A stretch of 64,000 nt of DNA, taken from NCBI GenBank assembly GCA_012295275.1, contig CM022670.1, forward strand, positions 27,156,001 to 27,220,000. The letters are read 5' to 3'. The translations under genes were made by a program, and so were the position numbers. Positions 52,896 to 64,000 of the stretch are shown in pieces. The notes under the pieces are model-generated. The model was not told where the DNA came from and made no database searches. It saw only the letters and a list, made by a program, of their open reading frames with translations. This stretch comes from Chrysomallon squamiferum. Its lineage: Eukaryota > Animalia > Mollusca. The stretch's first letter is position 1, and each line of letters starts with the position of its first letter.

Positions 52896-55177
52896 CAATT
52901 GTGGCTGTAGCTGCTACACAAACTAAATTATTGTTTTTAATTTTTGCCTGCCGTCCAAATCATTTATCAACTACTAAATTATATCCTGTTCCAACCAGTG
53001 CTGTTTGGTTTAGAGTCAACACTAATTTTCATATCTACCAGCGGTTAACGAGGGATCCGTGAGATAAAGTTCAAAATTCAAAGAGACTGCTGTCTTATGG
53101 TAAGACCGACAAACTTTCAAAACTTAAAACTGTTTGTCAGTGATTCTGAAATTTGTAACATAGTATCAACAAAGCTGCATCAATTATGTCGTTAAACAAT
53201 TATTATTAATTTATTTATTTTAATACTGCCATTTACTTAAGTTATATATATATATATATATTTTTTTTTTTCAACAGAAGGATGTAACTGGGAAAACGAG
53301 TTTATTAATAAAATCGACTTCAGTGAGTAGAGCGACTTTTCAAAAGCGGGTATCTTAACATAAATAAACTGAGTCCTTGGTAATGGAAACGTTGTGAAAT
53401 CGCTGGGTTATACGTGCTGGTTTATTTGTTTTTGATGAAACTGTATTTCTCTACTTACTATTTTCATTGGTTTTACTAAATTATTTATATACAGAAGGTT
53501 TGTCCACCAGTGGTCACAGTTTGTGTATTCTATACCAGTCTGTGGCCAGTTAGGACCTTCACCCCAGTATCGAAATAATGGAACGTAAACCATCAACACT
53601 AACATGTAGGGTGGCGTCAGTCTGCAATATAATAATAATAATTTAACATACACAATTTTCTAAACAGGCCTCTATTATATTTACGTTTTTAGCCTTACAT
53701 GAATAATTGAATACATTTGAAAAAGACAGGACCTTTTTTATTAAGGAAATTAGCAAATGGAGAATATATATTTGTTTAAAGACTAACAGCTCAAAGATTG
53801 TAAAGTCTGATAACTGTATCAAATTAACTACAAAGATTGAGTTCCAAGTTTCTTCAATACACAGAAAACGAGCTTTGAATGTTAATTTAACCCTTTATCT
53901 TATTTCTAAACTGCAGTTAAAGAATAAACTAAACTAAAAACAAAATGGAGTATAATGCGTGACTCGCCTCCAGAACCTGTGGAAATAAAACAAGAACCAG
54001 TTGATTCGTCCACTTTTCTTTTTCATTTCCTTTAGAACAAGATACGTGAGCAACAATCCACTGAAATAAAACAGACATTGATACATACTGCATTCAGAGA
54101 TTTGTGTAACATAGCAACAGGAAGAAAATGAACAGATAAATACAATAAGATAAATAATAATAATAATAATAAAAATAATACTCTAAAAACCAACAAGTGA
54201 AAAAAAATGAAATATACATCATTACCCACCCATTTAAATAAATGAAAAAGAAGAATATTATTTTTAAATCTATACGGACAAAAACCAATGTAATTTACTT
54301 AATTTTGAAATTTTGATGTACAAAAAATAATAAAGGTCTAATTTATTTAATTTTGAAACTAGGTTTTTCAAAAGTGCAAGCGCTAATATCGTTAGTACCA
54401 TTTTCGAGGTAAATAAGTTAAAATAATAAAAGGCATTACGTTAATAACTAGTAGAGAAGGTACACATATTGTATCCCTAGATTAGCAAAAAACAAAGAAA
54501 ATAATGTCGAACCTCAGGGCAAAGAAAGTGTCTACAGATACTGTAGCGTTTGTTATAGTCTGGAAGGTCCAATCCTTGAAAGCGTCTTTTGAGAATGTGT
54601 AATCATTTTCTGTTGAAAAACTCGACAATTAACAGTCGTAAAAATATGTTATATTATGTAGCAACAAGAAAAACAACAACAACAACATAATAATAATAAT
54701 AATGATAATAATGTTAATGATAATGATGATGATGACGACGTTAACGACAACAATAACAATTTATAAATAAAATAACTTTTAAAATAAATTAATAAAAGAA
54801 TAAAATATATAATAGTGAAATATTACATAAAAGCTTGCAATGTTTCATAAAAGCAAAATAACAACTGACAATATTAGTTTAAAACCCGAAATACGTACTA
54901 TATAAATTAAAAAAAAAAAATAATAATAATAAAAAAAAATATATTAATAATAATAATAACAACAACAACAGGAACAACAATAATAAATAAATAAATAAAT
55001 ACATAAATAAACGACAAACGAATAGCATTATATCAACTAGATACAGAAAATTATATTATTTAAAATATATATATATATCAAAAATATTCACAATTATAAA
55101 TAAATAAATTAATTAATTTAATTTTTAAAAAAAGAAAAAGAAAAGAAAAGAAACTAGACAAAATACGCAGCCCCCCG

Positions 55178-55215
<38 letters not shown>

Positions 55216-56985
55216 GAAAGAAATTCCCAAAACCCTCACAAATACAGAAAAACAACAACAAAAACAAGAAAAAACAAACAAAATAACAACTCAAAGATTA
55301 TAAATAAAGGACGACACTCAGGTTATACTAACTTCCAAGTGTCACTCCAAACACTATGGTGTGCCCCAGAATGATCCACGTCATGCTGACAAAGCGAAGT
55401 CCATGTAGACACTGGATGCTGTCTTTGGATACCTTTGTGTCCAAAATCTTTTTTCCGTTTGTATAAACAGAAAAAGCCAAAAGAACTTTTCCCAGCACCC
55501 CTGAAATATAGAGTGTGTATCTCTGAAGATAATATAAAATGGACTAAATACATTTTTTTAAATAATTCTTTTATTTCTTTTTCGTGACAATATTTTAATA
55601 AACAATAATTTGTTATAATGTATTCACAAAGTTATCTGAAAACACTATTTTCTTTTCTTAATTACTGTAAAATAACTGAAATCGTTTCAAAATATAAATT
55701 ATTTTAAAAATTAAGTTTTTTCAAAATTATAAACACACACAAGCATACACGCATACTCTCGTGCACACTAACACCTGGAACTGATAAAACAAAACCATGA
55801 CTCAAAAAAAAAAAAAAAAAATCTTTCTTTATCTTTCTCAGATTTTAATTGGAATTTATTAAAATAATCTTACGACACAATGCTCTTTAATTTTAATGTT
55901 TATTCATTTCCATCCGACAGAACAGTAAAGTCGTTAGCACAAAATCATACTAAATATGGATAAACTAACTTGGATCATTTTACATCAACCAAAATAATTT
56001 CTTTTTTCTTTACCTGGTTCGTAGTCGTCTGATTTGCTGAATTCTTCCTTTGGAACCAGCGGTGATTTCTCTTGTACTTGATTTATGGAATGAGACGCTG
56101 GCGCCTCCGTGCCGTCTTCTTCGTTGACGACGTGCACGTCTTTTGGATTGACTGCCACCCATTTTGGCCTCTGGATGTAGAGCACGTCAAAGGCCGTGGC
56201 GACGATCATGGTTAAAGCAAAGAGAGTGATGATAAATCTACAGAATATTTTAAACCACTGTATAAGTAAGAATTATCACACGTTTAATATAAAAATCTGC
56301 ATATTTCTCATTAAATATAGCAAATCGTTAAGGCAGGATAAACCTTTACATTCATATAATTTAGTATTCTTGTTTACGTCTTAATCAAAAAAAACTATTA
56401 TTGTCCTGAAATGTATAGAGGTTTCTTTCAATAATTATAGCAAAAGTAGTTTCTAAAAATGGTTTTATCTCTATCTCCCTCTTTTTTTAGCTTGATCCAT
56501 TTATGCAAAAGTTATAACATGCCACATACATACATACATACATACATAAATATGTTATATTATATAGGCCCACTTACAAAACAACTATAGCCTTGGCATC
56601 GTATTCAACTGTTCGTTCTTGACACAAAGTCAGGTACACTCGGTGTGAGGTGTTTGTGTATTTTATCACTGGATAAAAAAGGTTTACATATTAAATACGT
56701 TTCATTATTTACACGCAAATATACATATGAAAACATATATAACTGCAGGCAAACACACACATCCATCTACCCATCCACTCATTCAGATCAGTATTACTTA
56801 CATGAATTTAAAATAGCGGTGACGTCAGGTCCGGTACAGCTGTCAGGAACACAGACACCAAATCGTATCCCCAGTGTAGGGAGTCCGGGAATCGGTCTCT
56901 TTAATAAAACAGAATGATGTGATTTTATACAGAGCGTACAGTTGTACAGCATCAGTTCACTATACATTTAAAACAAATAAACTAA

Positions 56986-57068
<83 letters not shown>

Positions 57069-58139
57069 ATATCTGTTGTCTGTATCTATCTATCTATACA
57101 CACACACATGAAAATCTGTGTCTATCTATGTGTGTATGCTCACAAACTCACGCCCGCACACGCACACGCACACACACACATACTTTGGCGTCTGTGGGTT
57201 TCAGAGGTATCACTGCTGTGCAGTATTTGCCAAAGAAAGGTGTAGTGTCTTGCGTTACGTTGTTGTCGCCAGTGACATCTACCTCGGCGGCAACTCTGAC
57301 ACATTCCTCATATGAGCCGAGGAAGTTGATCTCTCCACCTAAGATCCAACTCCCTGGCTTTGCAGCCGCGTCGACCACTACAACAACGTAAAAAGTAATT
57401 TAAATCATGATTTGAAGATGTATGAAAGGTTGATTTTTATCATCCTAATGTTTATAGAATTTATTTACAAAGAGATTTTATTAAATATTAATGCTAATTT
57501 ATTTAATGCAATAACAGATTGTAATTTAATGCATTAATCTTTATATGAAAAAGATTACTTACAAATTTTTATTATTTTTATAAAATGTATTTTATTTTAT
57601 TAAAAGTTCAATTTTTTAAAAATTTATTATTATTATTATCATTATTATTATTTAAATTTTGTTTTGCTAAAGAATGCAAATAACTTGATTAAAGGTTTAG
57701 ACGTTCAACACTTATTAATTTACTAAACTGTCCTGTTGCAATTTGCATCGTAACTATAAATATGTAGCCTATGACGTCTTATCGTAGATAACGAATGTGT
57801 TGAGAATAACGTCAAAAACCTCTAAGAAATTTTGTAAAATACGGATTAACAGAAAAGGTTTTTCATTTATATTCTACAATAGATGTTTTTTGTTGTTATA
57901 ACTGTACTAATATGTGTTGCGTTGGTTGCCCAAAAGTATTTCAGGCGTTTGGCTAACTTATAGTCATGTATCAAGATTAGTTAATTAGGCAGGCACATTG
58001 GAAAACGTACATGAATAGGTGGATAGATTTAAGGATGGTTGTAAAATAGATAGAGAAATTGATAAATAGATAATGGATAGACAGATAGAGAAAAGAGATA
58101 AATAGATAATGGATAGACAGACAGATAAACAGACAGAGA

Positions 58140-58215
<76 letters not shown>

Positions 58216-58584
58216 TTAAGTTGTTTTATTAAAAATAATATACCTACTTGACAGAGCCCAGATTTTTTCTCGGAGCAGTCCTTGTATGAATATCTCAGAG
58301 TGGTTCAGACAGACAGCAGATGGTACAGACTGGGAATGTAGATTTTGTAATACACCCGAGTTAAACGCCTCTTCCACAGTCTCGAGAATATAATTACCAG
58401 ATAGTTGTCTTAGAAACGTGCTGGGAATCTGAGGCGCTTTACTAGAGCTTGATTCTGAAAACAACACCCGATGTGCATTTATAATCATACTGATGTATGA
58501 TGACGGTACGTTTCTGTCACTGATGTTGGCACCAACCATGCTGTTTAAAACAGCCATGATACACAAAGACTGAAGGACAGACAT
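50204..58584 (-). CDS. Nose-resistant-to-fluoxetine-6 (NRF-6)-like / O-acyltransferase-like protein (NRF + acyltransferase-3 domains), about 740 aa, 15 exons
   Basis: Exons 58584-58248 (signal peptide), 57377-57184 (MVDAAAKPGSWILGGEINFLGSYEEC), 56898-56802 (GVCVPDSC), 56668-56578, 56237-56014, 55500-55333 (IQCLHGLRFVSMTWIILGH), 54609-54513 (SVDTFF), 54060-53968, 53621-53459 (RLTPPY..WWTNLLYINN), 52696-52617 (CMGWSWYLSCDMQF), 52248-52150, 51893-51764 (YIKPYVRIGPYLIG), 51453-51267, 50789-50647 (PLSRLTYCAYLVHP), 50323-50204 (FEAP..*). Total 2223 nt, in frame. Confidence 0.93.
51553..51593. repeat. (CT)n microsatellite
   Basis: Direct reading. Confidence 0.95.
52498..52580. repeat. (GA)n microsatellite, about 40 units
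   Basis: Direct reading. Confidence 0.95.
56989..57060. repeat. (CA)n(TA)n microsatellite
   Basis: Direct reading. Confidence 0.95.
58045..58213. repeat. GATA/GACA-rich duplicated unit followed by (GA)n
   Basis: gataaatagataatggatagacaga occurs twice, then a (GA)n run. Confidence 0.9.
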
Positions 58585-59273
58585 CGTGAATTCTAAGTTA
58601 CACGCTGAGAATTTCAGAATAAACAAAGCTTCATCCGGATTACAATGTGTGCACAAGACCGGTTTTTCCGAAACCAGTTACTGCACTGCTGGGATGTAAT
58701 TTTAAGTAAACAAAGCGCAATCACAGTTTTTTTTAAATTTATTTTGGACTTTATTGTTGATTACAATTTCAACGCGCTATACTTCGGTCGAACTCCGTAG
58801 TGTTATATTTAGAAGGAAAACAAAGTTCGACCAAGTACAGACCCCAACTTGCTAAAAATGATCATTGTATGCCAATCTGTTTTTATTTCAGCCATAAAAC
58901 AGATAGATCTATTAATCGATTCATAAAATGATTATTTTTAAACCTATGCCTTTTAATGTGTCGTCTGCATTAACGTTTGATTTGACGTGATCTTAGACTC
59001 CTCCCACTCATGAATACAAATTAAGGTCACATGACGTTTTTATTAATGGATCGATTCTAAGCATGTGACTGTTTCAGTTTCACCTAGTAAGATATAATCA
59101 ACAAAAATAAAATGGCGAAAACAAAATAAAATAATAATAATAAATAAAATTTAGCCACTTTTGATATTAAACAAATGAAAACAAGTTAAAAGAAACTGCC
59201 ATGTTGTTGCATTTAGTATTATTTATCTATTTAGTTATTTATTTAGTTAATTAATTATTGTTCCTATTCCTTT

Positions 59274-59345
<72 letters not shown>

Positions 59346-59594
59346 AAAAAACGGTAGAGCGAGGCAGTCAGAAGACCTAATGATAATGAAAATGAGACAA
59401 ACGTTGTTTTATTGTAAGTAAATACCACATGACTGACGGAGCAGTGTGTATTAGTTTTGTGGGCGAAGTGAACAAAAATAATACAGTTATTTTCTTAATT
59501 AAAATCCATATCATAATATTTCCGATAATGCGTAAAGATATATACATCTGTTTGTTTTTATTTTGTTAATTATCTTATAAATATATTAAAACAG

Positions 59595-59832
59595 CTGCTA
59601 CTACAACTACTTCCACTATTATTATTATTGACCCACATTTTACTACTACTACTACGACTACCAATACTACAACAGCAACAACAACAACAAACAATAACAT
59701 GCACTATTACCACCTCAACAACACCACAAGAACTACTACTACTGGTACTTACTATAATTATTATTACTACTACTGCAGCTACTTACTATTATTATTATTA
59801 CTACAACTAGTACTACTACAGTTATTACTACT

Positions 59833-59864
<32 letters not shown>

Positions 59865-59952
59865 TTATTACCACTGCTATTATTACCACTGCTATTACTA
59901 CTGCTACTAGCATAACTACTACTACTACTATTATTATTATTATTATTATACT
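59595..59952. repeat. Compound trinucleotide tract (ACT/ATT/AAC/ACC)
   Basis: Direct reading; accounts for the spurious poly-T/Y/L ORFs. Confidence 0.92.
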
Positions 59953-60210
59953 ATTTCGCCGTGAGTATTTTTCATTATTTTCTGTGTAAGGTAGAGGTTT
60001 GTGTTATTTTTCTCACACACACCTTGTTTTTTGTTTTTTTACAATACTTACACTGACATGACTACAGTGAAAGTATAAACTGAAAGATTTATAGTACGAA
60101 GTATTTCTCTTATCACAAGTGTTAAAACACAGTCTGCGGTTCTCTGTGGTTTTGTTAGATAAACTTAAAAAAAAATATATATATATACATTAATAATATT
60201 ATTAAACAAG

Positions 60211-60305
60211 ATGCAAGTCGTACTGAGGAAATTTCTGCTTTTGTGCTGGATACTTTGTTTCTATAAGGCAAACGGTAAAGCTTTTTCAGTTTTATTGTAC
60301 ATATT

Positions 60306-60347
<42 letters not shown>

Positions 60348-60473
60348 AGTGTATATACCCGCGCATATACATGCACACATTCAAGCAGATATATATATAT
60401 ACACATATACATGCACACATTCAAGCAGATATATATATATATATACACACATATACATGACACATTCAAGCAG

Positions 60474-60510
<37 letters not shown>

Positions 60511-60527
60511 TGCACACATTCAAGCAG

Positions 60528-60563
<36 letters not shown>

Positions 60564-62745
60564 TTGTGTGTGTGTGTATATATATATACACATACGCTCA
60601 TACACACATACATACATACACACCACACACAGAGACACGCATCACATATTCACATATACACACATACATATATACCTACATACATGCACATATGCATACA
60701 TACAAACGCACATACACATACACATACACATACATTTCTTTTTCAGAAACCACATTCTATCTCTATTTTACATTAATATTCATTGAGGGCTTTGTTTTAG
60801 TATAGGATGTCTTCGAGGCTTATTGATCCTGAACAATAAATTATATGACTCAGTTGTGTAGTGTTTCTGCTATATCAAATATATATTACTGACTTGGATA
60901 TAGGCACGGATATGCTAAATCATGAATGAATGCATTATATTATCATTATAATCGTTAAAAAGAAAAGCAACTATTTCCTGTGATGATATTTTCCCAAGTA
61001 AAATATGATGATAATAATAAGTTAGAATAATGAATCACTGAATTTTTTGATTAATGTAAGTGTATGAAGTGTTAAACAGTTTTGGCATAATATCTGTTTG
61101 AAAAGAGAAAGTTATTTAATCACCTATATTAGAACCAAAAAGCATTTTTATTACGCACCTTACCTTAGACAGTTTCTGATAAATAATTCTTCAATCGTTA
61201 CTTTTATATTATTTAATAAGAATTTTATCTGTTTTTGTGATACCTTAATAAAATATCTGTTTTTGAAATAAACATTTAACTACCAACGTTGTATGCATAT
61301 ATATTGTATTTAAGTTTTTATTTCATATATATGTAAAATATCGTTGTTCCCAGAAGATAATGTTATATCAAAAATTTTCAAAGAAACTTAAATTATGCTT
61401 ACTACAAAAAAGAAAAAAAAAAAAGAAAGAAGAAAAACAACAAGAAAACAAGATAGAATAAATATATAAATTGAATAAAATTAATAAAATAACAAATAAA
61501 ACAAAGTTGAAATAATACATGAATTATAAGCCTGTGTGAAATAGTAACTGCCTAGAAAATGTTCTCTTAGTAAACTAATTGAATTTTTCATTTTGCCTTG
61601 TTTAACAAAACTGGATTTAATTAAATTTAATTATGCACCAATTACGTTTTTGGCATTACATAATCGTTGCTATTAAAATGTTTTGTAATTCTGTTTTCAA
61701 TCAGCATGCAAATTCCTCCACGGTTTTGCAGCATTATTGCTCAAGTCGCACGTCTGTTACCATGACTTGGGCTGTTTCTCAAGATCCGGAGGATTCGACA
61801 ACACACTCGGAGAGCTGCCTGCTTCTCCTGAGAAAATCCACGTAACAATGAATCTGTTTACACGAGATAATCCCAAACAAGGTCAAATACTTAGATACGA
61901 CGACTCAACATCTATCTCCAGTAGCTATTTCGACAAGGACAAAAGTGTTAAGATTATTGTACATGGTTACCATAGTTATGGAACAGCGCCTTGGGTTCTG
62001 AAAATGACTAGATCATTTCTTGAACTGGTAATATCTGATTATGAAATAACACAGAATAAAATATATCACAATAACATAAATAAAGAAATTAATTAATTCG
62101 TTAAAGATAATTATGACGTAATAGGCAAATAGACAATAAATATAAAAATAATAGCAGACAGATAAAGATTAATAATAATTTAAAAATTAAAAATAAGAAC
62201 ATGAAGAAACTAAGTTTAACTTTCCCATTAAAGAAGTCATTAATAATACAAACACATTTACAATCCAGATCATATTTGTCATTGTCTATAAAAAACAAAG
62301 ACGGAGTAATTAAATAACTTGGTATAGTATTATGCTTTCTTGTTTGCGTGAAAATACTAACGTATCTTTACTCTAACATTTATTAATTTTGTCTTAGGCA
62401 CAAACACAGTACAGTCGTAAATATATATGTATATATATATATTTTTTATTTTTTATTTTTATTTTAGGTCTATTTCAAACAGACATTTTACAACAGTTGT
62501 ATTTTATTTCAGGGCGATTTTAACGTCATCACAGTAGACTGGAAACGAGGTGCCAGTGATTTCTTTTATCCAGAAAGTGCGGCTAATACAAGAGTGGTCG
62601 GAGCTGTAGTCTCCAAGCTGGTGCAACTGCTACGCGACGAACTCCACGTGTCCATGGAAAACGTCCATCTAGTCGGGCACAGTCTCGGAGCCCACATCTG
62701 CGGATACATCGGTCACAGAATACCCGGCATTGGACGAATAACAGG

Positions 62746-62799
<54 letters not shown>

Positions 62800-63598
62800 C
62801 ATCATCATCATCATCATCATCATATTTATTTATTTATGTTTATATGAAGGATACTCAATTACGTTTTCACTTATTACTCAGTATTTTCATCATTATCGTC
62901 ATCAACACTTAATATTATTACTGGGGTTTTTAGTGTCAGTGTTCGTATACAAATGATGCTCTGTTTTTAAACATTATTATTTTTCTGCTTATCGTTGTTT
63001 CATTAGTTAAATCAACAAGAAAAACAGAAAATACAGTAGAATAATTTATACCTAGCGTATATGGGCTTGGGACATCTTGGGACGCCAAGACAAGCGGACT
63101 GGTATTTACTGTGTGTAAATGGTTTATAATGTACAGGTCTAGATCCAGCCGGACCACTCTTTAACAAGGCAGACGCGATAGCACGACTGGATCCGTCGGA
63201 CGCCATTTTTGTTGACAACATACACACGGACGCCGAGCCATTTTACGATGCAGGTTAGTATTTCTGAATAAAGAAAAAAGAAAGCCATGCACCCAAGTAC
63301 AAACTCAGATACACGCGCGCCCTCACGCACGCACGCACACACACACAGACACACACAGAACCAATATTTAAACGCAAACGTTTTATAATAATGATAAACC
63401 TATTTTTTTTTTTTTTTTTTTTAAATTAAGTTAGGTTGAAAGGTTAAAACAAAATCATAGTATGTATTATCATGTCGTCAGATGATTTGTTTGAAAGGAC
63501 ACAGTGCTACCGAATTGCATAAGAAGTGTCAAGGGAAACATAAATTCAACAGTGGGCATTTGTTGTCCAGGTTATTTTTCTGTTATGCAGCGTGGCTG

Positions 63599-63630
<32 letters not shown>

Positions 63631-64000
63631 TTATTATTATTTTATATATATATAATATTCAAAATATTTTTTAATAAAATAATTAAATATAATAGTAATA
63701 ATAACAACCTCAATAACAACAATGTAAAATATAACAAACATTGTTAATAACAGACAATAGTAATAGTAATTAATAGTAGTTGCAGCAACAGTAATCTTAG
63801 CAGCAGCAGTAGTAGTAGTAACAGTGACAACAATAATACTAACTGAATACTACTATCACAACTGATACTTAGACTATTTTTTCGTGTTCTTTATTCTGTA
63901 AAGGTTTAGGGACGCTGTCTGCCTGGGGACACATAGACTTCTACCCTAATGGGGGCAAACACCAGCTCGGATGTCCGAAGGCGGTCACTCATGGCTTAAA
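60211..64000 (+). CDS. Pancreatic triacylglycerol lipase / lipase-related protein family member, 5' part
   Basis: Exons 60211-60274 (signal peptide [21 protein letters not shown]), 61705-62027 ([16 protein letters not shown]), 62513-62744 ([25 protein letters not shown]), 63137-63253 ([22 protein letters not shown]), 63904-end ([16 protein letters not shown]). Catalytic Ser and Asp motifs are intact. Confidence 0.93.
60368..60537. repeat. Minisatellite, 4 copies of tacatgcacacattcaagcaga + variable (TA)n, embedded in GT/CA microsatellites
   Basis: Units start near 60368, 60408, 60454 and 60507. Confidence 0.9.
62747..62823. repeat. (ATT)n(ATC)n microsatellite directly after the lipase exon 3 donor
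   Basis: Direct reading. Confidence 0.95.

Noticed and set aside
58585-58656. Upstream extension of the NRF-6-like first ORF
   Set aside because: Starts at a non-ATG codon; the ATG at 58584 gives a proper signal peptide.
59628-59989. Poly-T/Q/L/Y ORFs
   Set aside because: Trinucleotide repeat artefacts.
60305-60805. Several 85-155 aa ORFs ([12 protein letters not shown])
   Set aside because: Translations of dinucleotide microsatellites in lipase intron 1.

Overview
AT-rich, microsatellite-rich, intron-containing animal genomic DNA. The protein style suggests a lophotrochozoan, probably a mollusc (inference). I traced six spliced genes exon by exon: NDC1 (-, 3' end outside the window), an MFSD1-family lysosomal transporter (-), DHCR24 (-) head-to-head with UHRF1 (+), an NRF-6/O-acyltransferase-like gene (-), and a pancreatic-lipase-family gene (+, runs off the window). 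There is one well-defined Tigger/pogo deletion derivative and several decayed repeats. Main oddities: 4 of about 64 traced introns need GC donors; UHRF1 exon 6 is one base short in an A run (frameshift or assembly error); the MFSD1-like protein has a Cys-rich lumenal loop with four sequons, a C-terminal acidic dileucine-like motif and a CLEAR site beside its ATG; CpG content switches sharply, as expected from mosaic gene-body methylation. No prokaryotic-type system (CRISPR, operon) is evident. Gene identities come from recognised motifs, not from database searches.
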